Below, one piece after another: positions 39,322 through 51,241 of a stretch of DNA of 55,983 nucleotides. The position numbers and the translations under genes are program-made. The notes under the pieces were generated by a model. That model did no database searches and was not told where the DNA came from. It was given only the letters and a program-made list of their open reading frames with translations. Within the stretch, counting starts at the first letter, position 1, and each line of letters begins with the position of its first letter. Source of the DNA: Dimorphilus gyrociliatus (lineage: Eukaryota; Animalia; Annelida); NCBI GenBank assembly GCA_904063045.1, contig CAJFCJ010000072.1, forward strand, positions 13,517-69,499. Direction: 5' to 3'.

Positions 39322-40849
39322 TTCAAAAACATTAGTTCAAAAACACAGACACAGACACCAGACACACACGTATATATACGTAATTTAGAAAGTCCTGAAT
39401 AATCAAGAAATACGATAGTAAACTTTTTTAATCAGTAAGATAAGAAAAAGATAGGACATATCAACATATTTTCTAGCTGACTGTTTCAATTTTTAAATAA
39501 AACAAAACTGGAAAAATCACTTTAAAAATAGCTGATACAAATTTAACAAAATATCGAATTAGAAATATCCTAAAAACAAAAGGTCAGCAGGTTTATTAAT
39601 GAAGACAAGTTTTCTATGTGATGGGGATTAGATTGAGAAAATTATTGATAAATGAAGAAAATATCTTCAAATTGATAATTTTGCCTTTTCTTTTTACAAA
39701 AAGAACTCGACGGTAGGTGGAGAAATTTTATTGGCGAAAGGATAATGTGACAAATTAGGAGATTTAGAAATAGATAGTCTGGTCCATGCTGTTAAAAACA
39801 AGATAGGCCTATACATATTTATGCATTAATCATTGGTCCAGATCAATGTTCTCAAAGAAGTGTTTGATAGCCTTAACAAAGTATGGATATCTCTAAAATA
39901 CAATATAATAGCTGTAATCTAAGTCTCAATGAGACAAATTACTAATTAACTAATTCTAATTAACAAACACTACTCTGAGTCTTTAGGTCTGCATGTTTTA
40001 CTACATATGTCAATTATCGCCAAATCATCCAACTCAAGCCAATCTCCACAGTACAGTAACATTTATTTAAAATATGGACCATCCAATAAAACTTTTATGG
40101 ATAGATCAATAAAAATCAGTATAGATAAGCATTTAGTCATCTTACTAAAACAATTTTTGATTGCATAACTATTTAAACTGATTACGCAATCGACAAAAAT
40201 CAATACCAAAATCATATATTTCTGTAGTATTTAAATGAGAATTGTTATTTTTATTATCAAATACCAATGAACTTTGAATAGTTTTGTTTGGCAATTGTTG
40301 ACAAATACAATTTGATGTGTCAAAACCGCAAACTTTTAGCTTTATGTGTTTTCTTCCATTTCACTGACTTTACTTTAAAAAAACACCGTTTCTCTATTTT
40401 TTAGACAAATTTCTACATGGAGATAAAGGTGTTAGAGAACTTTTGTAAAACCATTAAACACTTGACAATCTTCAACAATGTGATAAAGATAATCATAATT
40501 GAAACATTTACAAACATGAACAGAATGTCATAGACATTCCCACAACTCTTAAATTTAATTGAATATTTTTGTTTATCTACTGAAGAGGTAAATACTACTC
40601 ATCTTAATAATAAAGATGCCTTTAAAATGTCTTGACTACATTCATCAGCTGAAAAGCAATTTTTAATAAAAAAGCAATAGTCAATAGTACAACTCAAAAC
40701 ACATTTCAACAAGTTGAGTTGAAGTTATCCCACAAGCTTTGAAGTTTTCCCATATAGACAATAGCTCTTTTTGAATTCTTGTGTAGGTTTTTTTTCTTGA
40801 TTCTCAATATTTTCCTCTCATTTAATAGTTTCTGATACACAGAAATTAA

Positions 40850-41088
40850 GTCACCCTCTCTTCAGTTCAACAGTCATATAAAATGATAAGTTACCATCTG
40901 TTTTTATTCAATCTGTTGTGGTAACCTTCCAGATAATTATTAGTTCTTATTTTCTGGTCAAAAACAGACCAAGTCTCTGGAGGCCAAAAGCTACTTTTAA
41001 TCCAGTTAATTTGAATGTATTCCGGTAAATATTCAAGTTTTGTTGAATCAAATTTCAATAAAAGTATGAGGAAAGTAGGGCAGACCAA
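40850..41088 (-). mobile_element. MULE transposase C-terminal relic
   Basis: WIKSSFWPPETWSVFDQKIRTNNYLEGYHNRLN. Confidence 0.78.
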
Positions 41089-41719
41089 ATATCATTTTCA
41101 TGGATTTCCATTCTCCTTCTCTTTTCTTAAATTCTGCACTATATCCAAGATCCTAAAAGAAGAAGAAAATCTGTTAAACTATTTTATTAATTTTCAAAGA
41201 GGTTACAACCTGAATTTTTCTACATATTGATTGTAACCAACATCAGACCATGTACTTCTTATACTTGATGTAGGGACAATTTGGAGTGAGACATATATGT
41301 TTTTATGTCAGATAATGATTATTGTGTTGATTGCTTCAATGCTAAAAAACAAAAAGTTGCTGTATCTTCCAATAGTTGACAGTTCACAAATCACAAATAT
41401 TTACAAACAAATGTATCATTTTGGATAAAAGAAAAGCCTAAATATGGTTCCATATTTGTTACTTTTGCATAAGATGTAACAATTTTGGTAGAAGTTGGAT
41501 TTCTACCAAATCACAAAAATAGACAAATGTCAGCATATTTGCTGTTCTAATATACCCCCAATTGATTATAATAATTGTGCTCTCGCTGGTAAGTGTGTGC
41601 ATATGGTGAATGATAATGACTAAATGTGTACACTTTTCATTCATCTAAAATGTTTTTTAATCATACTGCCAGGTAGGAAAGGTAAACACATCATTTTTCT
41701 CAACATTTTCCCTTCATAG

Positions 41720-42197
41720 TGTACTGCTTTGGTCTTGCCAATTTATGCGTTTGCAACTTATAACAGTACTGGTTCTACTCGAACCTTTAAACAAAGTGTT
41801 TCAATTAAAGTGGTTTATTGAAAATAATACTTAAGCAAGTAACAATATGAAGGTTCAATAGCAGAGTAAGTAGTGGGTAACAGTAGGTTGCCAAGTTTCC
41901 AAACTAGTGTCCAATGTTGAGGAAGTAGAAAGATCCCAGTGGGTGTTGGTTCCAGTTCATCCTCCCAGGTTGAGGATAGCCCATTGGAGTAAAGCAGTGA
42001 GGAGTTATATACTTGAAGATTATTGTCTAGCATCCAATCACCACTTTACAGCTGTGAACTCACCTAGTTCATGTTTGTCCTTAGAACAATATGTTACAAA
42101 GTTCCCCACTTGAGAAAGTTAATTAATCATAGTTTGGCCAAAACCTTAGACAAGCTCATCAATAATATAATGTGGCCAAAACTTAAGTGGTACCTGA
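41720..42197 (-). mobile_element. Partial LTR (3' ~475 bp), inverted relative to the 53830-54435 LTR
   Basis: Near-identical (roughly 95-97% by eye) reverse complement of ~53960-54435. Begins tgtac; flank atag. Confidence 0.88.
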
Positions 42198-42279
42198 AAT
42201 TGTACCTGGATGAAATTGCATCTGGGTCAAGTTGTTATTTAATATTCAGTCATAGATAAAGATTCTGTTCAAGATTTGT

Positions 42280-42460
42280 GATAATAATACCAGTGGAACA
42301 GCAGACAATATTAAGTGAACATGACACAGTAGTCTAATCTCAGTTTCAATATAAAGAAATACTTTTAAAGTGGAATTTAAAATCAAAACTAGTTGGTATA
42401 CGCATTCCCTTTCACCAGCAAATGATATTGTCAAGAACTTTAACCAAATCACAGAAAACT
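42280..42460 (+). mobile_element. Possible degenerate retroviral-type integrase core fragment
   Basis: ILSEHDT..SQF.KEILLKWNLK..IPFH, then frameshifted ANDIVKNFNQ, loosely resembling I.SDNG..F..PYHPQ.NG.VERFN. Weak. Confidence 0.3.
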
Positions 42461-43199
42461 GTACAATAGCACATCATCTTGGTAAAGAAAGTATACCCTA
42501 AATAATACTGGAATCACTTATAAGAAATTTAGTCCAATAATTAATTCTCAATGAAATAATGAGGCAAGCACAAACTTTGCTCAATGAATAATGCCAAAAA
42601 CAGAACTGGAAAGAAATGGAAATATCCATATGTTCAAAATTATCTTACATTATTATTCAGGATGAATGAAACCAACCCAACACTGAAACATTTTCAGAAC
42701 TTTCAATTCTGTTAAATTTTACTTTAAAATTGTGAACTGTTCAACTCTTACAAAAGTATAAAATCCTACAAATTGAACAGTTGTTAGCCTAGTTTTCTAG
42801 CCTCTTGCTTAGAGATAAAAGGTTTAAATATTCAATACACATCTTATTTAGAAAATACTGGCAATGTGTTGACAGAGTGCACTTAGAAGTTGTTTACATC
42901 AAGACTTTTTAAGAATGAAAGTTGATTGGGACAATTATTTATTGTAAATTGTAAACATTAATTTATAAGTTGTTAAAATAATAGAATTGTCTATTAAATA
43001 GGCTTAACCATTTAAATATAATGAACATAGAAAGGTGAAGGCTTACTATCTATGTTTATGCCTAACCCTGAGTCAAATCCCCAGATAAGGATTGTTCACA
43101 ACAAACAGGGTCAAGGGTTATCATATTATGCAATAGTGGTGTAAACAATAACAGGTTATTGTATTCCCTTGCATAAAAAAGGCAATGCATTTTTTAGAA

Positions 43200-43830
43200 A
43201 ATCATTAGATGCAAAACTAATGAAATTACAGCAAACTTTCTCTTTGAAGAGAATTCACAGGAAAGGAATTCATACCCTACATAACAATAACTCATTAAGA
43301 GGTTAAATTATAGCTCCCTTAAGAACCTTACAAAGAACTCCATACTTAATAGAACAACTAGAAAGTCCTTACTTGGAGGTTTGGATAAGATCACTCAGGT
43401 GGGTAAGACAATGTTTAATTATAGAGTGAAGTTCTTATAAGCCAAACTTAGGGAGTAGAATAACTTGAATTTTTGCAACATTTATAGGGAACAATTAATG
43501 GCAGAATATGAGCTTCAGGAAAACTCATAAAGCAAAGTCCAAGATTCTGTAACAAAGTTTTTGAAGCTATACCAACTCCTTAGCTATAAAGGAACTAAAC
43601 TAAAGCTCATAGAGCTACATTAACTACCTGTAGCTCATAGTGCTCAACCAACTCCTCAGCCCCAGACATCCAGAACTCAACACATAGGAGGCTAATATGA
43701 AAATCATGGAATTGTAAAAAAAAACTGTGGAGAAACTCAAGCAGAAGGAGATAACTAATAAAAAATAAACAAAAACCAATGGAAATTGATTGGACACAGG
43801 CCCTGACCATTTCTGGGAAAAGGTTTTATT
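43200..43830 (+). mobile_element. Ty3/Gypsy gag-protease relic
   Basis: Gag-like LDKITQVGKTMFNYRVKF (43381-43434). PMEID (43776-43790) abuts the protease motif LDTGPD (43790-43807) in another frame, implying a deletion. Many stops. Confidence 0.5.
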
Positions 43831-44877
43831 TAATTTTCCACTCCCTGAACAGAATATGGTGAATAAATTTAAGATTACATAAATCTCAGAAGAAGTAGAC
43901 TCGACAAAAGGCTTGGATAAAAAGGTGAAATAGGAAAAAAAAGGTCTTAATAACAGAGCCTCATCTCAATAATCCTCTTCATATATTCATCATTAATAAT
44001 TATATGTAGATATAAGCTTTCCAGCAACAGCAAATAAGAAACCTAGACATGTAAATCAATTCAAACACCATTCTCTGGTGGCGCCTGGGTACAAATTTGC
44101 TGGAAAAGAGTACTAAAGAACAAAGGTGGGCTTCTCACTCTTTGCACTCATTTGCTCATGCCTGGTTTCTTTTTCCTTGGTGGGTTTGCTCTCTGTACAA
44201 ACATGACTCTATGAGAATGAAGAATTTTGTTGTGTTCTCTCCTTCCTTAAGAACCTCATTAGAGGAAGCCCATCTTATTTTTGTGTACTAAGAAATATCA
44301 ATTAGAATAATATGGAATCTACACATGATCAACCAACAAAGATTAAGATAAGCTTTCCTCTAAAAACAAGAATACTCTTAGGGCTTTGTGCAATGAATTT
44401 GCCAATCAGTTAAGGGTTACAATACCAGAGATTCCTGATATTTCAATTGACAAACCACTCATACAATTGGCAAATCCCAATATCATCACTCCTTCACCAA
44501 CACCAACAGGAAGTCTATTTCCAGAGACTCTTGGTCTGTGGTCTAACTGCCATGTTAGCAGGTGATCTGGATCATCTAGAGAAAACTAGGGGTTGATGGA
44601 AAACATCCAGATTAGATTTTGGCTTGAAAAATGGTTAGGGGGAAGAGATAGCCATTGATTTATACTTAGGAAATACTATCTGAGGGTTAGCACTATTCAG
44701 AATGGTTGGGCAAGCCCAAGGGTTAGGATAAAAGCAAAGTTTTGTAAACATTTTCCATAACAGCTATTATATTAGGGGACATACAGAAAGCTTTAATCAT
44801 TTCTCTCTTACAGCTAAAAAAATTATTATATAATATGCTTATTTATAAATATCTATTAATGTCTTAGGTATGTCTAT

Positions 44878-45318
44878 TGTACTGCTCTGGTCTTGCCAAT
44901 TTATGCATTTATAACTTATACCAGTACTGGTTCTACTCAAACCTTTAAACAAAGTGTTTAAATTGAAGTACTTTATTCAAGACATAATACCTAAGCAAGT
45001 AACAATATGAAAGTTGAATAGCAGGGTAGATAGTGGACAATAGTATGTTGTCAACCAACCAAACTAGTGTCCAATGTTAAGGAAGTAGAAAAGTCCTAGT
45101 GGATGTTGGTTCAAACCCACCTAGTTCATGTTTGTCCTTAGAACAATATGTTACAAAGTTGCACACTTGAGAAAGCTAATTAATCATAGTTTGGCTGCTT
45201 AAGTATGACAAACCAAAGTCTGTGTTAGGCCAAATGTTATTGCATTCCATAGCATAGGTTTTTAGTAAGTTATAGATAATAGTATAATATAAGAAAAAAA
45301 TAGAATAATAGTTGTCTG
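44878..45318 (-). mobile_element. Diverged solo LTR with 4-bp TSD
   Basis: Aligns with internal deletions to the whole 53830-54435 LTR in reverse. Flanked by ctat (44874-44877) and ctat (45319-45322). Confidence 0.85.
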
Positions 45319-45379
45319 CTATCAAAAATCTATATATAAAAATGACATTTTTTTAAGTATGCACAAACATTAAATATCT

Positions 45380-46075
45380 TTAATTAATGTCTGTAAAAAA
45401 TATTCTAATATCAGAAACTCCACTATATCTATCTTTCACATCTTTAAAATCATTTAATTTACAAGCATTAAGACAAATAGTTCTCAAAGAGCTTGCAGAA
45501 GATTTGAGTCCATCAGATATCACTTTAAACCCACTTCCCATGTGTTTATTGTGAGACAAATCAATATGTTCAAGTGTTGAACACTCATCAAATGTTTCTC
45601 CTAGACATTTAGCCTGTTCATCATTTAATTCACAGTAAAAAAACCTAATTATTTTCAAAGTGTTTGAAGATGATTTGAGTCCATCACATATTACTTCAAA
45701 TCCATTTCCCATGTATTTACTGTCAGACAAATCAATATGTTCAATTTTTGGACAGTCTTTCAATGTTTGTCCCAGATATTTAGCTTGTTTATTAACTACT
45801 CCAAAGTGTGAAAGATTAATTTTTTTCAAAGAGTTTGAAGATGATCTGAGTCCATCACATAACACTTTAAATTCATATCCTATGTTATAATTCTCTGATA
45901 AATCAATGTGTTCCAGTGCTGAACACTCTTTCAATGTTTCTCCTAGACATTTAACTTGTTTATTTTTTAAATGACATTGTTTTAATATAATTTCTTTTAA
46001 ACAGTTAGAAGATGATTTGAGTCCCTGACATATAATTTTGAAAGAATCCAACAATTCTTTGTTTGAGACATTCAT
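45380..46075 (-). CDS. Intronless 231-aa RNI-like LRR-only protein
   Basis: Open ATG-to-stop ORF made of alternating ~28-aa LRRs (LKxIxLxxCxLxxxQxKxLG / LEHIDLSxNxxMGxGFxVICDGL). No NACHT domain seen upstream. Confidence 0.88.
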   Translation of the reverse strand: MNVSNKELLDSFKIICQGLKSSSNCLKEIILKQCHLKNKQVKCLGETLKECSALEHIDLSENYNIGYEFKVLCDGLRSSSNSLKKINLSHFGVVNKQAKYLGQTLKDCPKIEHIDLSDSKYMGNGFEVICDGLKSSSNTLKIIRFFYCELNDEQAKCLGETFDECSTLEHIDLSHNKHMGSGFKVISDGLKSSASSLRTICLNACKLNDFKDVKDRYSGVSDIRIFFTDIN

Positions 46076-47005
46076 TGTTTTTTAAATAAATTATACTCTT
46101 TATGAATTTACTTATATTTAGTATATTAATTAGCTCTCAGTTTTGTTTGTTTTATACTGATGTTTCAAAATGGCTGTATGATCTGTTTTGAAATGAATGA
46201 AATTGTTCAAACATGGATGATTAATTTATTAAGATATAAAATTTTTCAATATAATAGTTAAAATGCAGCTGATGCATGGAAGCCATTCTGCTGAATGATC
46301 TTCAAGTAATTTTTTTTATCACAGTACAAAAGAAAATTTAATAGTTTTTCTTTTTACATTTTTTCTGTCCACCATATTTTATGCTTAGTCATTTTTTGCA
46401 AATTCATATAATTGACTTTTCATTTTCAGAAAACTGAATTCTACAGAACAATCCTACACTAAAATATTTCTGGAAGTGAATATTCTTAAATGGTGTTCAA
46501 AATTTTACAAACATTAAAAATGATTAATCAAGACAATTAGATAATTGAGCTGAAGAAAACATACCTATTGTACTCTTGCAGTCAGAATGCCTATTCTCTT
46601 ATAGGTAGTATAGTTATAGTAGTATCAAACTAGTCTGCTCTAGCACTTGAGTCATATATTGTATGACACATATTAGAGAATTCTGTCAATAGTATTGAAA
46701 AAAATGAGTTGGTGTGCAAACATACCTGTGTGCAAATGTACACTGGGTTGCACCCTGTTCTGATGTTTTTCCTTTATTTTAATATTGAATTTTAAATAAA
46801 TGATTTGATTATAAATCCCTAAATGTTTACTTTTGATAAAATATTGTAGACATTAAGTTAAATATGGATTGAAGCAAATGTGTATTTCAAAAGGCAGTAA
46901 GGGCATACTCTAGGTTGAAACCACCTGAATACTCTGTCAAAGGAATTGGTATGCTTCCCTCCAGGTGGCAAGGATTCATTGACAATAATGGGCAATTCAT
47001 AGTTA

Positions 47006-47135
47006 AATAGACATACCTAAGACATTAATAAATATTTATGAATAATTAATTTGCATAGTATACAATTTTTTTTCAGCTGTAAGACACAAATGACTAAAAT
47101 TTTCAGTATGCCCCTAATACTAAAAAACTGTTACA
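47006..47135. repeat. Inverted paralog of 44755-44877
   Basis: aatagacatacctaagacattaata...agctgtaaga...cccctaata matches the left flank of the solo LTR in reverse, without the LTR. Confidence 0.65.
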
Positions 47136-47343
47136 AATGTAACTTGTTGGTGTCTCTGATTATTTCTTTTAACCACATTTTCTGTATGCTTTAAAAATAA
47201 CACTAGCTCATTTCTTAACAAATTATGAAGTATATTTAAAAAATTATTATTTAGAAACAGTCATATGATTAAATGAATGGAATGTATTCTCTATATTTAC
47301 ATATGTTTTTATGCTTTCCCAGAAAGATTAGCTGTGAACAAAA

Positions 47344-47552
47344 TTGAACAAGAGAATGGTTGCATTCCCTTAAATTGAATTTTGTTTCTTCCTTATTATT
47401 TACTTTTCAACTTCCTGTTTAAGAAAAACTAGCAGAAGTGAAATAATTTCATAAAAACAAAAGATTATGTGATATGACTAAGAATTTTGTATTTAGAAAT
47501 GACCTAAGTCATATCAAATAATCTTTGGGAATGCAACCATTCTCTTGTTCAA
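47344..47552. repeat. Asymmetric fold-back element / MITE-like
   Basis: Perfect 26-bp IR ttgaacaagagaatggttgcattccc (47344-47369 / 47527-47552), plus an inner 19/20 IR (47460-47479 / 47507-47526). Confidence 0.85.
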
Positions 47553-47954
47553 ATATTTGGAAATGGTTTAAGATTCCAGAAGAAAATGTGTATTTCAGTT
47601 CTTTAAAAAATAATATTAAAATCTTCATGATCAGATATTCTTATGTTGTTCTGTAATTATAAGTAAACACCAATTTTTTAAAATGGTATTGCATAGTGTA
47701 TTGTCTAAAAAGTGTCATTTAGTCCATCATAAATCCATATAAATTCTTTTCCTTTGCATTAATATATAAACTACATGCAGCATTAAGTACAGTAATCATC
47801 CATTCCAATCTATACTTTGTAGTATTGTGATTGTAGGAATTGGTTCTACTCATTCAAAGTACAAAGTTTAGATCTATGAACTACATTAGTTATATTGAAA
47901 ATATTAAGAATGAAACTTGTTTAAATAAAGAGAGTAAAATGTAAGGTTATGATA

Positions 47955-48295
47955 CACATATGTTTGATGATTTCTCCAATAGATCCATTGCTGATATTAA
48001 TCCCAAATCATAATTATCCCACAATTTGAATATCTGAACCTGCAATTTCTTTTGGTGTTTTTTTCAACTTTTTTTCAGATAAGAGTGTTTTTTAAATACC
48101 AATAAGGTAGGCGTTCTTATTTAAATCATCTACTAATTGGTAAAAAGAGCCCTTAGCAAAGACCTTACTGTTCTACCTTTTATGCCAAGCTTCAACTTAG
48201 TTGTTACTTCTGAGGGTAATACACAGACCATTGTTGATGTTGCCAAAATGAATTTTCAATCCATTGAGATCTGACATAATCAAACAAATCAGAAT
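47955..48295 (-). mobile_element. MULE transposase C-terminal relic
   Basis: WIENSFW..WSVY..RSNN*VEAWH..LLSEKKLKKHQKKLQVQIFKLWD..DLLEKSS. Confidence 0.75.
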
Positions 48296-48874
48296 ATCTA
48301 TTTCTTGTTTTCATTTCATTGTCAATTAAATGGAAGATTGTTGTTATGGTAGAAGAAGGAAGGAAAGGCCTTATTCATATTTGATTGATAGTCTTTACTG
48401 TATCCTAAATTCTAAATGTACATCTGGTACATTGAAATTGTGGCTAAATTAAAATATGTTCTAAACATGTCCTGTATATTGTAAATAGATAACAGCAATG
48501 ATGACATTTCCAGCAATAAAAGGGTTCATTTACCCAAATTGTAATAGATAAATAACTAAAATGGTAACCAACAATCCTAATCCTAACCCTGAATCTAAAC
48601 CACTCAAATGGATATCTTGATTTTCTTAGCATTTTTTTTGTTAATGTCAAGTAGATTGAAATTATTGCAATTTTTTTGTGTTTAATTAATAAAAACAATT
48701 AAAATATCAAGAAAATGTCAATAAAAGATGTGGAAAAGATATTGTTATAAAAACAACAACAAAATGTGGATGTTTTCTGTGTAAACAAAATTTTACTTGA
48801 GTTATTGCTATTTTAAATCAAAAATGTTGTACTATTGCCATTTATCCTCATTTAAGATAGTCATTTATGGTTGT

Positions 48875-50283
48875 TTAAATACTACCAAGTGCATCAAATA
48901 ATTCTGCAAGAGCATTTCCTATTCCACTATCATCACTAACCCCTTCAGCAAGGCTCTGTACAGTTTCAATTGTTTCGCATACTGTATTCAGTCCTTTAGC
49001 AACACCACCAGCCACTTTTGTAATAGTTGCGAGAGTATCACTATTGGATTTCCTATTTAACAATCTTTCAGGTTTACAAATGATTGGAGTTAAAAGACAC
49101 ATACTATAATCTTTATAGTCTGTATCCAATTGCTGATGTCTGATTCTTTTAAAAGAGTCTGGTTCTGTAAAATATTCTTGGATATTTCTAGGATAGTTTT
49201 CATCTTGAAGAATGAATAATAAATTGTGCAGATTTCTTGATGATGTACAAGTTTCACTCTGCTTTAGAAGAATTCGTAATAATGGAAAATGACACTTTAT
49301 GAAAGCTTCAAGTCTGTTTTCACCAAGACAATTAGTAAAGCAGTAGCTAAATTCATCAAGATACTTCAAATGTCTGCCATTTTCAAGTATTTTTAACACG
49401 GCAAATAGAGCAGATTCTATTGACAACTGCGAAATCGAATAGGTTCCATATTTGTAGAGAAAATATATCACCAAATGAGGATCAATGTACCTAGTTGGAC
49501 ATTCATGCATTGGTTTAAAATCAGCTGCAAACATGAAATCATCTTTATCAATGTTTTTTAAATGTTGGTCATCTTGATTATTAAAAAAATGAACAAGGAG
49601 AGAAAGATTTTGCAGTCTATACCCCTGTGGGTAAATTAAATGGAGTAGCATACAAAACATGGCTTCTAAGGTCCACCCATTGAGAGTCTTTGCAGAGCAT
49701 CTTGACAAATATTCTAAAGCTTCAAATAATTTACACCTCAGTTTTACATTTTGATTCAACTCTGACAAAATTGGTGAATTATATGTGAAGATTAAAATTT
49801 TACAAAGCCAATCACTAAGCATAAATAGCTTTGTGAATGAAACTTGTTCTCAAATAATTCTAGTAGATGCGCGAGTGTTGTCTGAATGTACTCATAGAAA
49901 TTCGTTTCTGTTAAAATCTTTGCAAAAGAATTGTGTAGATATATGCCTTCACTGATAAGAAGTAAAAAATCAATAAAAGAACAAGCCGCTTTCAATATAT
50001 CATCAATATCATATTTCAAGATTCTTTTGATAATAGCAATGATATATCTAACAATTGATTCATCATCAAAGAAATATATTCCATATTGTCTATCCCTTTG
50101 AGAAGAGCGAATAACCTTTTGAAATGGTAGTGATACTTCACTGACAGATGTGGGTTGCCAAAATTTTTTCATTTCCTCATCACTTTTACAATAGATAAGT
50201 TCCAACCTTCTATAAAACTTGTGATGTTCCTTGTAAATTGGAGAAAATATATTCATTGTTTTTGAAATTTCTTCCACGCACAC
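48875..50283 (-). CDS. Intronless ~470-aa gene of unknown function, split by one frameshift
   Basis: Overlapping ORFs 49792-50283 and 48875-49822 join with a single indel near 49855 (..LELF / EQVSFTKLFMLSDW..). Helical-looking; no domain recognised; CpGs retained. Confidence 0.65.
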
Positions 50284-51241
50284 AGATTAAAACTATGCAA
50301 TTTCTAAATGAAACAAGTTTGTTCCCTTATCCTTCTTTTATGGAAAGATTTTAATTAATAGTTGATTTTAGAGAAACTACCTTATTTTTTCAGTTTATAT
50401 TATTACAATATACACAAAAAAAGAAAGATGAAAGGAAAAATAAGAAAATTTTATCTCTAAATCAATCATAACAATAATTTGGATAAAAATTTGACAACTG
50501 AATAGGCCTATAGCAGTGAGTCATGAACACCTGAGTTCTAAGTTTATAGGTTGTGAAAACAATTTGGCCTTCTATTTATTGATCTCTTGAAGGATTTTCT
50601 TTTAATGAATTCATAGTAAAAATTGCCATTTTTGAAAGGGGAAGTATTGAAATGAATTATCAGAAATGTTTCGTATTAACATTTACTTTTTCTGTCAATA
50701 CTTTTGTTTCAATCAAAATCCTAACATTTTTATTTACAATCCAATAAACAATTCTTATCAATATACCATGTGTTCCCACAGACTTTTTATCACTACATAT
50801 TCTTATCACTTTAGATAATGTAGAAAGATCTCACAGACAAGATAGTTAAACTACCAGTTTTTTCAATTCCATTTCCCTCACATATGTGTTGGCATGATAC
50901 AGTCTTATCTAAAGCTGATTAAGTTTGGGGCATGTTTCCCACATGGTTGTTCATATGGCTTATATATATTGTAAATACATTTTGAAACAATTCATTAGTA
51001 GTTTGAAGATTAAGGAGTAAATTCAAAGTAGCCAGTTAAATGTACAGCTATTAAAAAATCGTCCTGTTTCTCTTTTTTGACAAACACTGAGTCCTATTTC
51101 AAACCACAGTACGTCAAAATTATATTGATAAAATCCATCAGTATAATTAACAGAAAAAATATATTATATTGCCATGAAAAGAAAATTAAATGGAATTTTT
51201 TAAAAAAATTCCATTTAATCATTTTTACAGTTTTTTTTACA

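Noticed and set aside
26161-39380. Microsatellites: (ct)n at ~26163, (tcaa)n at ~37372, (ac)-rich at ~39345
   Set aside because: Ordinary short simple repeats.
44077-44095. tggcgcc as a tRNA-Lys primer-binding site
   Set aside because: Only about 7 nt match and no LTR ends immediately upstream.
44180-44290. Minus-strand EGENTTKFF resembling a LINE ORF2 linker motif
   Set aside because: Isolated short match with no endonuclease or RT motifs nearby.
50500-51180. Hydrophobic minus-strand stretch (FLLIILMDFINIILTY) upstream of env as another GPCR remnant
   Set aside because: A single segment in AT-rich DNA with no second supporting motif.
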